Shown one piece after another: positions 9,929 through 21,519 of a stretch of DNA of 64,000 nucleotides (position 1 is the first letter of the stretch; each line of letters opens with the position of its first letter). The translations under genes and the position numbers were made by a program. Below the pieces are notes generated by a model. It made no database searches, was not told the origin of the DNA, and saw only the letters and a program-made list of their open reading frames with translations. Origin of the DNA: an uncultured delta proteobacterium (lineage in GTDB: Bacteria > Desulfobacterota > RBG-13-43-22); contig CAVUPH010000034.1 of assembly GCA_963743305.1 (NCBI GenBank), positions 22,200 through 86,199 of the forward strand, in the 5' to 3' direction.

Positions 9929-10879
9929 ATGGCGAATCGTTTTAAGGGCAATACAAAAGGAATGATCCTCTTTGGCTTCTTTTTTTGGCTGACGGGGATT
10001 CTTTTAACACCGGTCTGGGGACTGGAAGTCTCCCCGGCCGATAAAAAGGCCTATTACGACGCCCTGGCGGCGACGGAAACCGCCACCCAGGATAAAATCA
10101 GCACGAAGCTCCTGGCCGTTCTTCCAAGTTGGGACCCGATCAATCATGAACGGTTACACGGCGGGGATATCGTCTGGGAAGGAGTGCCGGGGCAATCCCG
10201 TATCCTGGTGGGCGCCTTTATGTCCCGGGCCAGTTACCAGAATTATTACGCCTCGCACCTGAACGATCCGGAATATCTTCTGACCAAAAGCCTCTGGGTC
10301 ACCGTCGTCCCGGAGCTGAAGAATTTTTTCATGGGGCAAACCTGTCCCCCCTCTAAAGAACGGGTCCGCCAATTGATGGGCCTTAACCCGGCCTATTCTT
10401 TCGATGTTTTTCTGGAAATGTGGGTCTCCCCTTCCGATCTCTTTCGACCCAGTCCGGACCCCGAAGCCAACGATCATGAAGCCATGCTGGCCAGAAAGAT
10501 TGGGCCGGGAAACTGGGTGTTTCCCCAGGACGGCAATCCTTTTATCCAAATCAACGACACCGCGCTTTTTTTGGAGGCCAACTGGCTGGCCCCGAAAACC
10601 TTCAAACAATGGTTTATGGATCGTGCCGAGACCATCTATCATCGCGACGGCGAAGACCCGAGCGGCTGGGGAGACCCCTGGACTCGCCTGGGGTACACTT
10701 ATGATTGGGGAAATCCCGTCAATCCGATCGGAATGAGTGAATTCATACTCCGTATCCGCCCCGACACTAAGGATTTGGCGATTAAACTGGTAAAGGCCGT
10801 CGACGCCGACACGGTTGACTGGAGCGGTTACTTCAAATGTCTCTATAACGTCTGGTATCCACTGATTTTCAATAATTGA
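9929..10879 (+). CDS. Secreted hypothetical protein
   Basis: AAGGAGG SD before ATG 9929; signal-peptide-like N-terminus; motif-like segments DLFRP and PWTRLGYTYDWG..GMSEF. Confidence 0.75.
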   Translation: MANRFKGNTKGMILFGFFFWLTGILLTPVWGLEVSPADKKAYYDALAATETATQDKISTKLLAVLPSWDPINHERLHGGDIVWEGVPGQSRILVGAFMSRASYQNYYASHLNDPEYLLTKSLWVTVVPELKNFFMGQTCPPSKERVRQLMGLNPAYSFDVFLEMWVSPSDLFRPSPDPEANDHEAMLARKIGPGNWVFPQDGNPFIQINDTALFLEANWLAPKTFKQWFMDRAETIYHRDGEDPSGWGDPWTRLGYTYDWGNPVNPIGMSEFILRIRPDTKDLAIKLVKAVDADTVDWSGYFKCLYNVWYPLIFNN

Positions 10880-10932
10880 GAGGTGGGAGCGGACGGCAGG
10901 TCACCGGCGCGCGGAAACACTCCCTCCGGCCT

Positions 10933-11154
10933 TCAGACCGCTTCCACCAGCGTTACTTCCGGGACCTGCTGTTTTAAAAATTTCTCAATCCCCATCTTTA
11001 AGGTCATTTGGGACATGGGGCAACCCTTGCAGGCCCCGGTTAATCGCACCTTTACCAGGCCCCCTTCGGTGACCTCCACCAATTCCACGTCTCCGCCATC
11101 GGCCTGTAACTGCGGCCGGACTTTATTCAGCGCATCCTGGACTTTTTCTTTCAT
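10933..11154 (-). CDS. NifU/NfuA C-terminal-domain Fe-S carrier protein
   Basis: VRPQLQADGGDVELV..RLTGACKGCPMSQMTLKMGIE; start at MKEKVQ after a G-rich SD. Confidence 0.92.
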   Translation of the reverse strand: MKEKVQDALNKVRPQLQADGGDVELVEVTEGGLVKVRLTGACKGCPMSQMTLKMGIEKFLKQQVPEVTLVEAV

Positions 11155-11472
11155 CGATTTTCCCCCTTCAGGCGTTTCGCCCATTAATTGCCGGCCTCCG
11201 GCTTTCGCCAGACGACTCACGGCTACTTTTTATTAAGGTCTGACGACCCTCCTCCGGCAGATAGTGAGCCGGAGTCCCGAATCCAGGCCCTTCCCCTTGA
11301 TTCGACCTGTAATAACCTATCACTTCTCCAGCCGAAGAGCCAATAATTTATCCTCTCGGCGACGGTGACTTATTTCATGATTGTACGAATAGCCTGAATT
11401 CAAAGAAAAAAATTTAATATTCGCCAATTACCGGTCGATAATCCGGTAAAACCTTTTCAATGGAGGGAGTGG

Positions 11473-11964
11473 ATGGCTCACACGGTTATCAGAAGAAGGA
11501 TCACTCGGACGTTCTGGGGCCTGCTCCTTTTTGGTCTCCTGGTCTTCTTGAGCGCTCCTGGCCGGACTGAAGAAAAAATCAATCGCTACGTGGGATCGGA
11601 GACGTGCGGGGGCTGCCATAGCGAACAATTCGATAATTTTACCAAATACTCCAAAAAAGCGCATTCCTTTCAGAGCATTGAAAAAATGAAAAAAGGACTT
11701 TCCGCCCAAGAAATCCAGAACTGCTATAAGTGCCATACCACCGGATACGGAAAACCGGGCGGGTTTCAGGACCCGGTCAAGAGCCCGGAACTGAAAAACG
11801 CCGGGTGCGAGGTCTGCCATGGTCCCGGTGGCGATCACGCCGACGCCCAAAATGGTAAAAAAATCCGCCGGAAAATGGACCTGAAGGTTTGTGAAGAGTG
11901 CCACACCAGTCAGCGGATTCAATCGTTTAAATTCAAACCATTAATCCATGCCGGAGCGCACTAA
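11473..11964 (+). CDS. Periplasmic tetraheme cytochrome c (c554-like)
   Basis: Signal peptide; [32 protein letters not shown] (4 CxxCH). Confidence 0.9.
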   Translation: MAHTVIRRRITRTFWGLLLFGLLVFLSAPGRTEEKINRYVGSETCGGCHSEQFDNFTKYSKKAHSFQSIEKMKKGLSAQEIQNCYKCHTTGYGKPGGFQDPVKSPELKNAGCEVCHGPGGDHADAQNGKKIRRKMDLKVCEECHTSQRIQSFKFKPLIHAGAH

Positions 11965-11966
11965 CC

Positions 11967-13499
11967 ATGTTCAATCCCGATAAACGCTTTCATCTCCCCG
12001 GTCTCAAGAAAATAGCCTCCAGTTTGCAAATGAAATTGCTGCTGACCTTGTCGGTCATTACCTTGTTGGTGGTGGGCCTCCTCCTTTACGTCCTCATGAC
12101 CGGGCAGGAAAACAGTATCCGTACGCAATTGAAACGGTCGGGCGACCTGCTGGGCGGATCGGTATTTAACGGGATTATCTATCCCCTTTCCAGGGGGGAT
12201 AATGAAACCGTAAAAAACCAACTTTCCCAAATGCAGGAAAAGATGAAGGCTATCCAGGTCTTTGTTTTTGATTTTGATCAGAAGGTCTCCTTTGCCACCG
12301 AAAAAGCCATGATCGATCAATCGCTGAGCAATTTTGTCGCCAATCCCCGGGGCCTTTCGACCGTAAAGAAAGTTTTGAATGACGGGACCGCCCAGGACAC
12401 GGGGTTTGAAGAAATGGTGGGAGGTCGGCCGTTTTTTTCGGTGGTCCAGCCGATCCGGAATGAGCCGGCCTGCTATCACTGCCACGGACAAAGCCGTTCG
12501 GTTCTGGGAGGCTTGCTGGTCAGGCAGTCCAGTGAGCAAGTGGTCTCGGCCTTGAATCGGACCCGATTATTGGGATTGCTCTTTGGAGGGCTGGGCATCG
12601 TCGGCATTATCGTGCTGGTGTTTTTTCTGATGAACCGCTACGTCGTTCAGCCGATCCGGGTGGTGGCCGCCAGGGCCGAACAATTGGCCCAAGGGGATTT
12701 ATCCGCCGGGGGGCAAGACCAGCAGACCGCAGAAGACGAGGTAGGTCAACTGAACCGGTCTTTCACTCAAATGACCGGCCAATTGCGCCGGGTGATTCAA
12801 AAAGTGATGCACCTCTCCCGCCAGGTGGCGGATGGATCTTCCAGCCAGGCCAGCGCTTTCGAAGAAACCTCGGCCTCGATCAACCAAATCGCTTCCATGA
12901 CCAAACAAAATGCCGAAAATGCTCGTTTCGCCGACCGGCTGATCATTGAGAACACCGGATTGGTGGAACAGGCCGATCATAGTATGCAGGATCTGGGCCT
13001 GTCCATGAAACACATTTCGGAGGCGGGTCTGGAGATCGGAAAAATCATCAAGACGATCGACGAAATCGCCTTTCAAACCAACCTGCTGGCCTTGAATGCC
13101 GCCGTTGAGGCCGCTCGGGCCGGAGAGGCGGGCGCCGGATTCGCCGTAGTGGCCAATGAGGTGCGGAGCCTGGCCCTGAAATCGACTGAGGCCTCGAAAA
13201 ACACGGCCGACCTGATAAATAACACCATCAGCAAGATCGAGCAGGGATCAGGAATGGTCAAGAAAACCGGCGAACTTTTTGATCGGATTTTGACCGGGAC
13301 TCAAAAGGCTAAGAGTCTGATCAGTGAGATTTCCGAGGCCAGTCAGGAACAGTCCCAGGGGCTTGATCAAGTCAGCCAGGCTATAGTCCAGATCGAGGGC
13401 GTGACCCAGAAAAACGCCGAAGGAGCGGAAGAAATGGCCACGGATATGGCCTTCTTTACGTTGGAACCAGGAAACCACAAACTATTGCCTGCCCCGTAA
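11967..13499 (+). CDS. Methyl-accepting chemotaxis protein with a periplasmic c-type heme site
   Basis: Two TM helices, periplasmic CYHCH, HAMP (DEVGQL), signalling motif [30 protein letters not shown]. Confidence 0.93.
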   Translation: MFNPDKRFHLPGLKKIASSLQMKLLLTLSVITLLVVGLLLYVLMTGQENSIRTQLKRSGDLLGGSVFNGIIYPLSRGDNETVKNQLSQMQEKMKAIQVFVFDFDQKVSFATEKAMIDQSLSNFVANPRGLSTVKKVLNDGTAQDTGFEEMVGGRPFFSVVQPIRNEPACYHCHGQSRSVLGGLLVRQSSEQVVSALNRTRLLGLLFGGLGIVGIIVLVFFLMNRYVVQPIRVVAARAEQLAQGDLSAGGQDQQTAEDEVGQLNRSFTQMTGQLRRVIQKVMHLSRQVADGSSSQASAFEETSASINQIASMTKQNAENARFADRLIIENTGLVEQADHSMQDLGLSMKHISEAGLEIGKIIKTIDEIAFQTNLLALNAAVEAARAGEAGAGFAVVANEVRSLALKSTEASKNTADLINNTISKIEQGSGMVKKTGELFDRILTGTQKAKSLISEISEASQEQSQGLDQVSQAIVQIEGVTQKNAEGAEEMATDMAFFTLEPGNHKLLPAP

Positions 13500-13733
13500 G
13501 AGTAACCAGGCCCGGGGTAAGGCTACGACGACATGGGCTAAATCCGGCTCCGGGTTGGGCGGCGGGGTCGCCGCCCCTACGAGGAACTAAACCAACACGC
13601 CCGCGGGCGGGTACCCCGAGGTCTAAAAATAGAAGGGCAACTTTTAGCCTAACTGGTTGACATTAATAATTAATAATCAATTGTTAATTATTAACTATTA
13701 ATGAATACTTTGTAGCCCGAGTTTATTTACGTA

Positions 13734-14069
13734 TTAAGGCGCCAGCAGAACCTGATCCCCAAATCGATCCGCCAGGGCCTTTTTCAGGGATTCCGCAACG
13801 GCTTCGTCCGTCAATTCAACAAATAACTCCCCTTTTTCCCCAACCACCAGGCGCCCGAAGGGCGCTACCACTTCGGCCACCTCGTCGGGCTCGACGGTCC
13901 ACCAGCCCCGGGTGCGATCCAGCAATTCCCGTCCCTTTAATCGACGGGGTGTGACCAGATCGATGGTTCGGAACCAGGCCTCCCAGCCGATCTGGGCCGG
14001 GGCGGCTAAAACCGGGCTGACGGGATCATGATAAATCCGGCAGCGCCCGAAGAGTCGCAGATAAATCAT
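13734..14069 (-). CDS. Hypothetical protein
   Basis: ATG overlaps the upstream stop (TGATG); coupled in the ttcA operon. Confidence 0.65.
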   Translation of the reverse strand: MIYLRLFGRCRIYHDPVSPVLAAPAQIGWEAWFRTIDLVTPRRLKGRELLDRTRGWWTVEPDEVAEVVAPFGRLVVGEKGELFVELTDEAVAESLKKALADRFGDQVLLAP

Positions 14070-14407
14070 CAGAGAACATCCTCCATTAGCTCGCGGATAT
14101 CGTCTTCGGGCCAATCCATAGGGATCGGAGGGCCGACCCCTTGTTCTTTAAAAGCCCGGACGAGGGCGTATTCATAAAGATCGGCGATCTGGGATTGCTT
14201 CAGCTCGGATCCCCGGTAATTGGCTCGGGCCCAAGCTCGTTCCCAGAGCCGCCGGGCGAGATCCCGGGCCGGGCGAACCCGGGGATCAAAGGCCGGGATG
14301 GCCAGGCGGACCAATACCCCGGCCTGCCGGGCTTCCAGCAAACCAAATATCTTCCGCAGCCGCTCTACCTCCGGGTCTAATTCCCAGGAGTCTTTTGAAG
14401 ACCTCAA
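14069..14407 (-). CDS. Hypothetical protein
   Basis: 112-aa ORF between ttcA and the next ORF, AGAGGA SD, TTG start. Confidence 0.6.
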   Translation of the reverse strand: MRSSKDSWELDPEVERLRKIFGLLEARQAGVLVRLAIPAFDPRVRPARDLARRLWERAWARANYRGSELKQSQIADLYEYALVRAFKEQGVGPPIPMDWPEDDIRELMEDVL

Positions 14408-14420
14408 TTAAAATTTCCTC

Positions 14421-15176
14421 TCACGTTCGCCTTTTTCCTCTCGGAATCGGCGGCAACAAGTAGTCGGTTCGGATATTACTCAGGGCATTAAAAATATTGC
14501 CTTTGATCTTGGGGTTGTGGACGTAGGCTTCGGTTAGCATTTTTTTGAGCTGCTCGCGGGAAGACCGGCCGGCGCTGGGGCAGGGATTGATAATTTCCGG
14601 CCAGGCCCGTCTGTGGACCAATCCCTGGATCTCCCGTTCCCCGAGCAGGGTCAGCGGCCGGATCAGCGTCAAAGCCCCCTGAAACAGGACTTGACGGGGG
14701 ACCATGGTACTGATTTGGCCTCCAAAAAATAGGTTCAGGAAGAAGGTTTCAATGATATCGTCCTGGTTATGTCCCAAGGCCAGCTTGGAACAGCCCAAGG
14801 TATGGGCCATTTCAAACAAGCGCCGGCGACGCAACCGGGCGCAAAGGAAACAGGGGTTCTCGCGGTTTTCAGGACCATGGGCCCGAATTCCATAATCAGT
14901 TTGTTCAAAATGGAATGGTATTTCCAGACTCCGGCAGAAGGCCTCAACCGCTTGAGGTCGTGTACCGGAAAAACCCATATCCAGATGTACGGCGATCAAT
15001 TCATAGGGGTTGGGGATCCAACGGAGACGTTCCCGCAGCAGCCATAAGAGCGAGAGGCTGTCCTTTCCCCCGGAAACCGCAACGGCGATGCGTTCTCCCC
15101 CATCGATCAATTCATAGTGACGAATGGCTCGGCCCAACTTTTTAAATATCTTTTTGTCGGCCGCCGGCAGTTCCAT
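14421..15176 (-). CDS. ttcA: tRNA 2-thiocytidine(32) synthetase
   Basis: PP-loop SGGKDS, PCFLCARLRR, GHNQDDIIET, LIRPL, NPCP. Confidence 0.88.
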   Translation of the reverse strand: MELPAADKKIFKKLGRAIRHYELIDGGERIAVAVSGGKDSLSLLWLLRERLRWIPNPYELIAVHLDMGFSGTRPQAVEAFCRSLEIPFHFEQTDYGIRAHGPENRENPCFLCARLRRRRLFEMAHTLGCSKLALGHNQDDIIETFFLNLFFGGQISTMVPRQVLFQGALTLIRPLTLLGEREIQGLVHRRAWPEIINPCPSAGRSSREQLKKMLTEAYVHNPKIKGNIFNALSNIRTDYLLPPIPRGKRRT

Positions 15177-15243
15177 GGTTTGAGTTTATACCAGAATCGG
15201 AGGAGGTTCCAGACTTCTTTTTCATTCGATGTTGGACATTTAG

Positions 15244-15412
15244 TTAGAACCCTTCAAGAAATAAGCTGTACAATACCGCTGATATCTCCGTTCCTGCTGA
15301 GCCTGTCGAAGCATGGCCGTATCGTTTACCCTTCGACTGCTCGACAGGCTCGCAGCTCAGGGCGAACGGCTGTAGGGCCGCTTTGTCAAGGTTATTTGTT
15401 TACAGGTCCTAA
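15244..15412. mobile_element. About 165-bp MITE-like element, copy 2 (inverted relative to 8335-8501)
   Basis: Reverse complement matches copy 1 over its full length with few substitutions. Confidence 0.8.
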
Positions 15413-15497
15413 GTTAGTACAAAAATAGCTCATCCCAAAGAGCGAAACCACAAATTTAGTTGCACCACCGGACAAGATCCATTAGCATCCAAGACCG

Positions 15498-17015
15498 ATG
15501 CCCACACCGGAAAACCACTATTACCTGAAGCGGCTTCTCCTCCTCCTGGCCCTGGTCCTGGGGGGCCGATTGGCGATGGCCGCCCTCCTGCCGCTGAGTC
15601 CTCAGGAGGCCTATTACTGGGTCTTTTCCCTTCATCCGGCCTGGAGCTATTTCGACCACCCTCCCCTGACCGCTTACCTCATCGGGTTTTTCACCCATTT
15701 CCTGGGCGATCAGGCGGTGGTCATTCGTTTAAGCGCCCTGCTCTTCTCCTTTGGTTTTTCCCTGCTGGCCTATTACCTGGGAAAAGAACTGTTCGATCCT
15801 CGGGTCGGATTCCGGGCCGGGGTGTTATCCGCCCTACTGCCCTCTTACGCCATAAACGCCTTGATCATTACGCCGGATGTCCCCCTGGTGTTCTTCTGGA
15901 CGCTGTCCGCGTTCCTGACCCTGCGAGCGATCCAAAAAAACCGTTTCGGGTATCACCTCTTATCCGGAATTTCTCTAGGATTGGCCCTAGCATCGAAATA
16001 CACGGCCGTATTGTTGCCGGCTTCCCTGCTCCTTTTTTTACTCTTGACTCCGGACCGGCGGCGCCACCTGAAACGCTGGGAGCTCTATGGGGGCTGGGTC
16101 CTGGCGGCGCTTATTTTTTCCCCGGTCATCCTCTGGAATGCGGGCCACGATTGGGCCTCCTTCGCCTTCCAATCCACCGACCGCGCCCGGGAGCTGGGCA
16201 AATTTTCTCCCAGAGAGTTGGGCGCCTTTCTGGCCTCCCAGGCGGGTGTCCTCACCCCCCTGGTCTTTGCCGGAATGGCGGTCACCTTGGGACTGGGCGT
16301 CAAACGAATTTTCCAACGGCCAGGCTGGAGGGAAAATTTCCTCTTATTCTTGAGCCTGCCCATGATCGGACTGTTCACCCTGGTGGCTACGCGGGAATGG
16401 GTCAAGATGAACTGGCTGATCCCGGCGTACCTGCCCTTGATCATTCTGATGATGCGCTACTACCAGGAAAGAATCTTTTCCTGGAAATGGGTCTACCGGG
16501 GGCCGGCGGCCTGGACCTGGGTGACGGTGGGGGTGTTTTTTATTGTTCTGCACCTCTGGCCCTTTGTCCCTCAAATCAAGGTTTCCGGCTCCATGGACAC
16601 CTTGACCGGTTGGCGGGAATTGGCCGAACACCTGCAAAAAGTCCAAGAAACGATCCAAAAGGAAAGCGGTTCGGACCAACCGCCCTTTATCCTGGCCTGG
16701 GGGCATAAGACGGCTTCGGAGTTATGGTTCGAATTGAAAGGACATCCCCCCGTGTATGCCCAAACGGCGCTGGGTAAAAAGGCCCTGGCTTACGATTTCT
16801 GGTTCGACCCGGCGCCGCTCAAGGGAAAGGATGCCCTTTTTGTCTGGAGTTCATTTGAAAATTATTCTTATGAAAGCTCCGATCTCTTAATCCGTTTTTT
16901 CGAAAAAGTGGAACCGCTGGAACCGTTTACCGTCTATCGGGGAAAGTATCCCTTACGAACGTTTCATATTTATCATTGTTCCCGCTATCGGGGTTTCGAT
17001 TTCAAAAAACCCTGA
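15498..17015 (+). CDS. GT-C glycosyltransferase (ArnT/PMT family 39-like)
   Basis: QEAYYW..SYFDHPPL, ITPDVPL, SKYTA, PVILWNA.HDW.SF; many TM helices. Confidence 0.88.
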   Translation: MPTPENHYYLKRLLLLLALVLGGRLAMAALLPLSPQEAYYWVFSLHPAWSYFDHPPLTAYLIGFFTHFLGDQAVVIRLSALLFSFGFSLLAYYLGKELFDPRVGFRAGVLSALLPSYAINALIITPDVPLVFFWTLSAFLTLRAIQKNRFGYHLLSGISLGLALASKYTAVLLPASLLLFLLLTPDRRRHLKRWELYGGWVLAALIFSPVILWNAGHDWASFAFQSTDRARELGKFSPRELGAFLASQAGVLTPLVFAGMAVTLGLGVKRIFQRPGWRENFLLFLSLPMIGLFTLVATREWVKMNWLIPAYLPLIILMMRYYQERIFSWKWVYRGPAAWTWVTVGVFFIVLHLWPFVPQIKVSGSMDTLTGWRELAEHLQKVQETIQKESGSDQPPFILAWGHKTASELWFELKGHPPVYAQTALGKKALAYDFWFDPAPLKGKDALFVWSSFENYSYESSDLLIRFFEKVEPLEPFTVYRGKYPLRTFHIYHCSRYRGFDFKKP

Positions 17016-17075
17016 CCGCTTAAATGTATGTCCGCATAGGCACAGCCGAGGGCGACTGGGCTACAGTCGGTCGGG

Positions 17076-19339
17076 CTACCGAAGCCCTGACCTCCCTTTT
17101 TCATTTGATATTCGATGTTGGGCGTTCGATGTTCGATGTTCATCTTCTTCAGTGACCCTCCCCTGGCTTAGCCTTTCCCGCAGGGCGGTGTGGCGTTCCT
17201 GGGTCTTGTTGTTACGGATGCCCATGGCCAGGGCCTTCTTGGTGCCGATGAGGACGATTAAGCGTTTGGCCCGGGTAACGGCGGTGTAGATCAGGTTCCG
17301 CTGCAGCAGAATATAATGCTGGGTCATCACCGGTAGGACGACGGCCGGATATTCACTCCCCTGGGATTTGTGAACGGAGATGGCATAGGCCAGGGTTAGT
17401 TCGTCCAGGTCGCTGAAATCATAGGTCACGAACTGGCCTTCAAAATTTACCACGATTTCCTGCTGCTCCTGATCGATCTTGGAGATCCTCCCCAGGTCCC
17501 CGTTAAAGACTTCCCGGTCGTAGTTATTGCGCACCTGCATCACCTTGTCGCCCACCTTATAAAAACGGGGACCCCGCTGCAGTCCGGTCGTTCCGGGATT
17601 CAAGCCCTCCTGCAGTAAGTGATTCAAATTTTCCGCGCCCACAGCCCCCTTGTACATGGGCGTCAGCACCTGAATCTCTCCAAAGGGATCCAGGGCATAA
17701 CGATCCGGAATTTTTTTTCCCACCAGTTCCAGGATCCAGCGGGCCGCCTTTTCCGGGTCCTCCTGGTGAATAAAATAGAATTCTTGATCTTTTTCCCGCC
17801 TTTCCGCCGGAATCAGCGGCAGCTCTCCCTGGTGGATGCGATGGGCATTGGAGACGATCAGACTGCCTTCGGCCTGGCGGAAAATATGGTCCAATTCCAC
17901 CACCGGGATCCGACTGGGATTCGATCAAATCGGCCAGGACCTGACCCGGGCCGACCGAGGGCAACTGGTAAACGTCTCCCACCAGGATCAGCACCGCCTG
18001 ATCTGGTACGGCCTTGAACAGGTGATACATCAGGACCGTATCGATCATCGAGGCTTCATCGACGATGATCAGCTCCGCTTCCAGGGGATGGCTTCTGTCT
18101 CTGGTAAAGCGTTTTTGGCGGGGGCTGTAGCCCAGGGTGCGATGGATGGTGGCGGCCGGGTAGTCTGTAACCTCGGAGAGCCTTTTGGCCGCCCGTCCGG
18201 TGGGGGCCATCAAAATGCTTTTCAGCTCCGATCGCCGGTAGGCCTCCAGGATCGATCGCACCAGAGTGGTTTTCCCGGTTCCCGGCCCTCCGGTGATGAT
18301 CAGCAGTTTTTGGGTCAGGGCTTTTTCGAAGGCCTCCTGCTGCCGGCCGGCCAGGTGGAGGCCGAGCGATTGCTCCACCCCCGCCGACTGTCGGATCCGA
18401 CCGCCCGGCAGAGGAAGTTTCTGAGACAAAAACTCGTCGATTCGCCGGGCCAGGCCCTCCTCACAATGACTCAAATAGGGCAAGAAAATGAGCGAGGGCC
18501 CTTCCGGATCCGGCCTTATTTGGAGTTCCTGTCGCTTCAGCAAGATCTTTTAGCGCCCGGTCAACCCGATCCGCTTCGACTTTCAGCAGTTCGGCGGCCT
18601 GTCGAACCAGGTCCTTCTCGGGATAGCCGGTATGGCCTTCTTCCGCCTTCTGCTGTAACAGATAGGCTATCCCGGCTTCCACTCTTTGCGGAGCCTCCCT
18701 GGCCATCCCCAGTTTCTCCGCCAGTCGGTCGGCAGTAATGAATCCGACCCCGAAGAGGTCTCCGGCCAGATCAAAGGGATTTTCCTGGATCCGGGTGATG
18801 GCCTCTCTTCCATAATGTTTGAATATCTTGGAAGCCAGTCCGGTGGTAATCCCATGTCCCTGCAAAAAGATCATGATCTGGCGGACGTCTTTTTGCGCTT
18901 CCCAGGACTTTTTAAGCTGGGTAACCCTTTTGGGCCCAATCCCCCCCACCAGGGACAATTGTCCGGGGTTTTTATCGAGAATCTCCAGGGTCTTGAGACC
19001 AAAGCGCGCGACGATCCGTTTAGCCATCTCCGGTCCAATCCCTTTGATCAAACCGGAACCCAGATACTTCTCAATACCAATCTCCGTGGCCGGGGCCAGA
19101 GATTCATAGCTTTCCACCCGCACCTGCAGTCCGTACTTGGGGTGGCGTTCATAGACCCCCTGAATTTTTAATCGTTCCCCCAGACCGACGGACATCAGAT
19201 TGCCGATTACGGTGACCAGTTCCCGCTGGCCTTTCAACTTCAGCTTGGCAATGGTGAAGTGGCTTTCCTGGTCATTGTAGGTGATCCGTTCCACGTGACC
19301 TTCGAGACTGACGCTGTTTTTTTCGGAGGGCTGGGGCAT
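17076..19339 (-). CDS. recD2: ATP-dependent RecD2 DNA helicase, with two apparent frameshifts (about 18545 and 17915)
   Basis: Three consecutive frames give YLGSGLIKGIG, TGGPGTGKTT, APTGRAA, VDEASM, VGDVYQLPSVG, HIFRQA, AYAISVHKSQGSE, YTAVTRA. Confidence 0.92.
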
Positions 19340-19425
19340 GATTCCAGATTCGATGTTCGCTGTCGGACGTTCGATGTTCGATGTTCAATTTTTTAGAGTT
19401 GTGTTTCGATTCACTCTACCCAACC

Positions 19426-21519
19426 CTATTTTTCCAACACCATGCGGGCATCCAAGACTTGACCTCCGCTTCCGGCTTCATAAACCATAAGGGGATTGAT
19501 ATCGATTTCGGCAATTTGGGGAAAGTCCGTGAGCAGGTCCGAAAGTCTGACTATCGCCTCCACAATCGTCTCGAGGTCGGAATTCTTTTGACCGCGCACG
19601 CCCTGGAGCAATTTTATACCCTTGATTTCCGCGAGCATGGATCGCGCCTCGGTGCGATTGATCGGGGCCACCCGCAGGACCACGTCCCCGATCACTTCCA
19701 CGTAAAGCCCGCCGATACCAAAGGCGATGACCGGTCCGAAGTTGCTGTCCTGTTTGCCGCCGAGGATGATCTCCCGCCCCCGAGGAGACATTTTCTGCAG
19801 GACCACGGTGAAACCCTCGTGGACGGCCGGCTCTTTCAAGGCCAGGTCTTGGAGTTGATAGTAGGCCTGTTTGAGGTCCTCCGGGCCCTTCAGATTTAAA
19901 TGAACCCCGCCCACATCATACTTATGGGCCACATAGGGGATGGCCAGCTTCAGGGCCAGGGGGTAACCCAGTCGCTCTCCTTGATCCAAGGTCTGTTCCA
20001 GCGAGCGGGCACTGGCCCGGGGAATGACCGGAAAACCGTAGTGATCCAAAACCTCCAGTCCCTCGTAAAGATAAAGGGGACGCCCGGCCTCCTGCGCCCG
20101 TTTCAATAAAACGGCTACGGCTTCCCGGTCGACCGTCCGCTCTCCCGGTTCGGCTTTCAATCCCTGTACTTTTTGTCGGGTGAAACGCAAGGAGAGGTGC
20201 AAGGCCTGGGTCGCCTTTTCGGGGGACAAAAAGATCGGCATGGTATAGTGTTTTTTCAGGTAGGAAATTTCCAGGTCTTCCGCAAAAATACAGACCGCCA
20301 CCGGTTTTTGAAATCGAAGACTCAACTCTTCCGCCTTCTGGATCATCTTCCGGGAATCCTCTTTTTCCTGTTCGGCCCGATACCCATGGATCAGCAGGGC
20401 GCCGTCGATATCCTCTCGCTTCAGGGTCTCCTCCATGATCTGCACATACACGGGCAGATCGAAGAGGTCGCCCAAATCCAAGGGATTGGACAAGGTGATC
20501 ACGCTGGCCCGAAAATGTTTCTCGAATTCCTCCAAAAAAATTCGGGGGAAGGCCGGCAGGTGGAACCCATATTTGGAACAGGCGTCGGCCGCCACCACGG
20601 CGTGGCCTCCGGAGCGGGAAATAACGGCCAAACGATTGCCCCGCAATCGGGGTAAGGTCAATATTTTCAGGGTATTAATGACCTCCTCAAAATCCTGCAC
20701 CCGAATAGCCCCGGCTTGTTGGAAGGCGGCGTCCACCACTTTATTATCCGAGAGCATAGCGGCTGTATGGGAAAAGGCGATCCGGGCGCTGCTGGGTCCG
20801 GTATTGGATTTGTGAATGAGCACCGGTTTGGGGGAAGCGCTGATCAATTCCATCAGCCGGCGTCCATCGCTCAACCCCTCCAGGTAAAGGCAAATCACCT
20901 CGGTTCCCGAATCCTGGATCAGGTATTCAAGCAGGTCGTTTTCGTCGACGTTGAGTTTGTTGCCCATACTGACAAACTTGTTGACCCCGATATTCTCACT
21001 GGCCAGGAACCCGAGATAACTCAAGCCTACTCCACCGCTTTGGGCCAAAATGGAAATGTGGCCCAAACGCATTTCTCGGTTTAAATGCATAAAGGGCAGG
21101 CAAAGGCCGTTTTCCATGTTGATGTTGCCAATCCCGTTGGGACCGATAAACCGGAGGTGATGCTTCCGGGCTACTTCCAGAATTTCTCCTTCCAGTCGGG
21201 TCCGTTCCTGGGAAAACTCCCGGAACCCACCGGATTCAATGATCGCGTGGCGAATGCCCTTCCGGCCGCATTGATCGAGGAGATTAGGGACGGTTGGGGC
21301 CGGGGTGAGAATAACGGCCAGATCGATCTCCCCGGGAATCTGGTTGATTTCGGCATAGATTCTTTGGCCAAACAGGACTCCGTCTTTGGTTCCTACTGAA
21401 TAAATTTCCCCGGAGAACTGGAATTCCATCAGATTGTTGACGATGTTTCTGCCCAGGTTGTCCGGTGTGTTGGAAACCCCGATCACGGCCACGCTTTTGG
21501 GGTAGAAGAATGTTTTCAC
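19426..21519 (-). CDS. Acyl-CoA synthetase (NDP-forming), fused alpha/beta
   Basis: [26 protein letters not shown]-like AQSGGVG, SHTAAM, NPLDL, C-terminal ATP-grasp with EIDINPL..DAR. Confidence 0.9.
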   Translation of the reverse strand: MKTFFYPKSVAVIGVSNTPDNLGRNIVNNLMEFQFSGEIYSVGTKDGVLFGQRIYAEINQIPGEIDLAVILTPAPTVPNLLDQCGRKGIRHAIIESGGFREFSQERTRLEGEILEVARKHHLRFIGPNGIGNINMENGLCLPFMHLNREMRLGHISILAQSGGVGLSYLGFLASENIGVNKFVSMGNKLNVDENDLLEYLIQDSGTEVICLYLEGLSDGRRLMELISASPKPVLIHKSNTGPSSARIAFSHTAAMLSDNKVVDAAFQQAGAIRVQDFEEVINTLKILTLPRLRGNRLAVISRSGGHAVVAADACSKYGFHLPAFPRIFLEEFEKHFRASVITLSNPLDLGDLFDLPVYVQIMEETLKREDIDGALLIHGYRAEQEKEDSRKMIQKAEELSLRFQKPVAVCIFAEDLEISYLKKHYTMPIFLSPEKATQALHLSLRFTRQKVQGLKAEPGERTVDREAVAVLLKRAQEAGRPLYLYEGLEVLDHYGFPVIPRASARSLEQTLDQGERLGYPLALKLAIPYVAHKYDVGGVHLNLKGPEDLKQAYYQLQDLALKEPAVHEGFTVVLQKMSPRGREIILGGKQDSNFGPVIAFGIGGLYVEVIGDVVLRVAPINRTEARSMLAEIKGIKLLQGVRGQKNSDLETIVEAIVRLSDLLTDFPQIAEIDINPLMVYEAGSGGQVLDARMVLEK

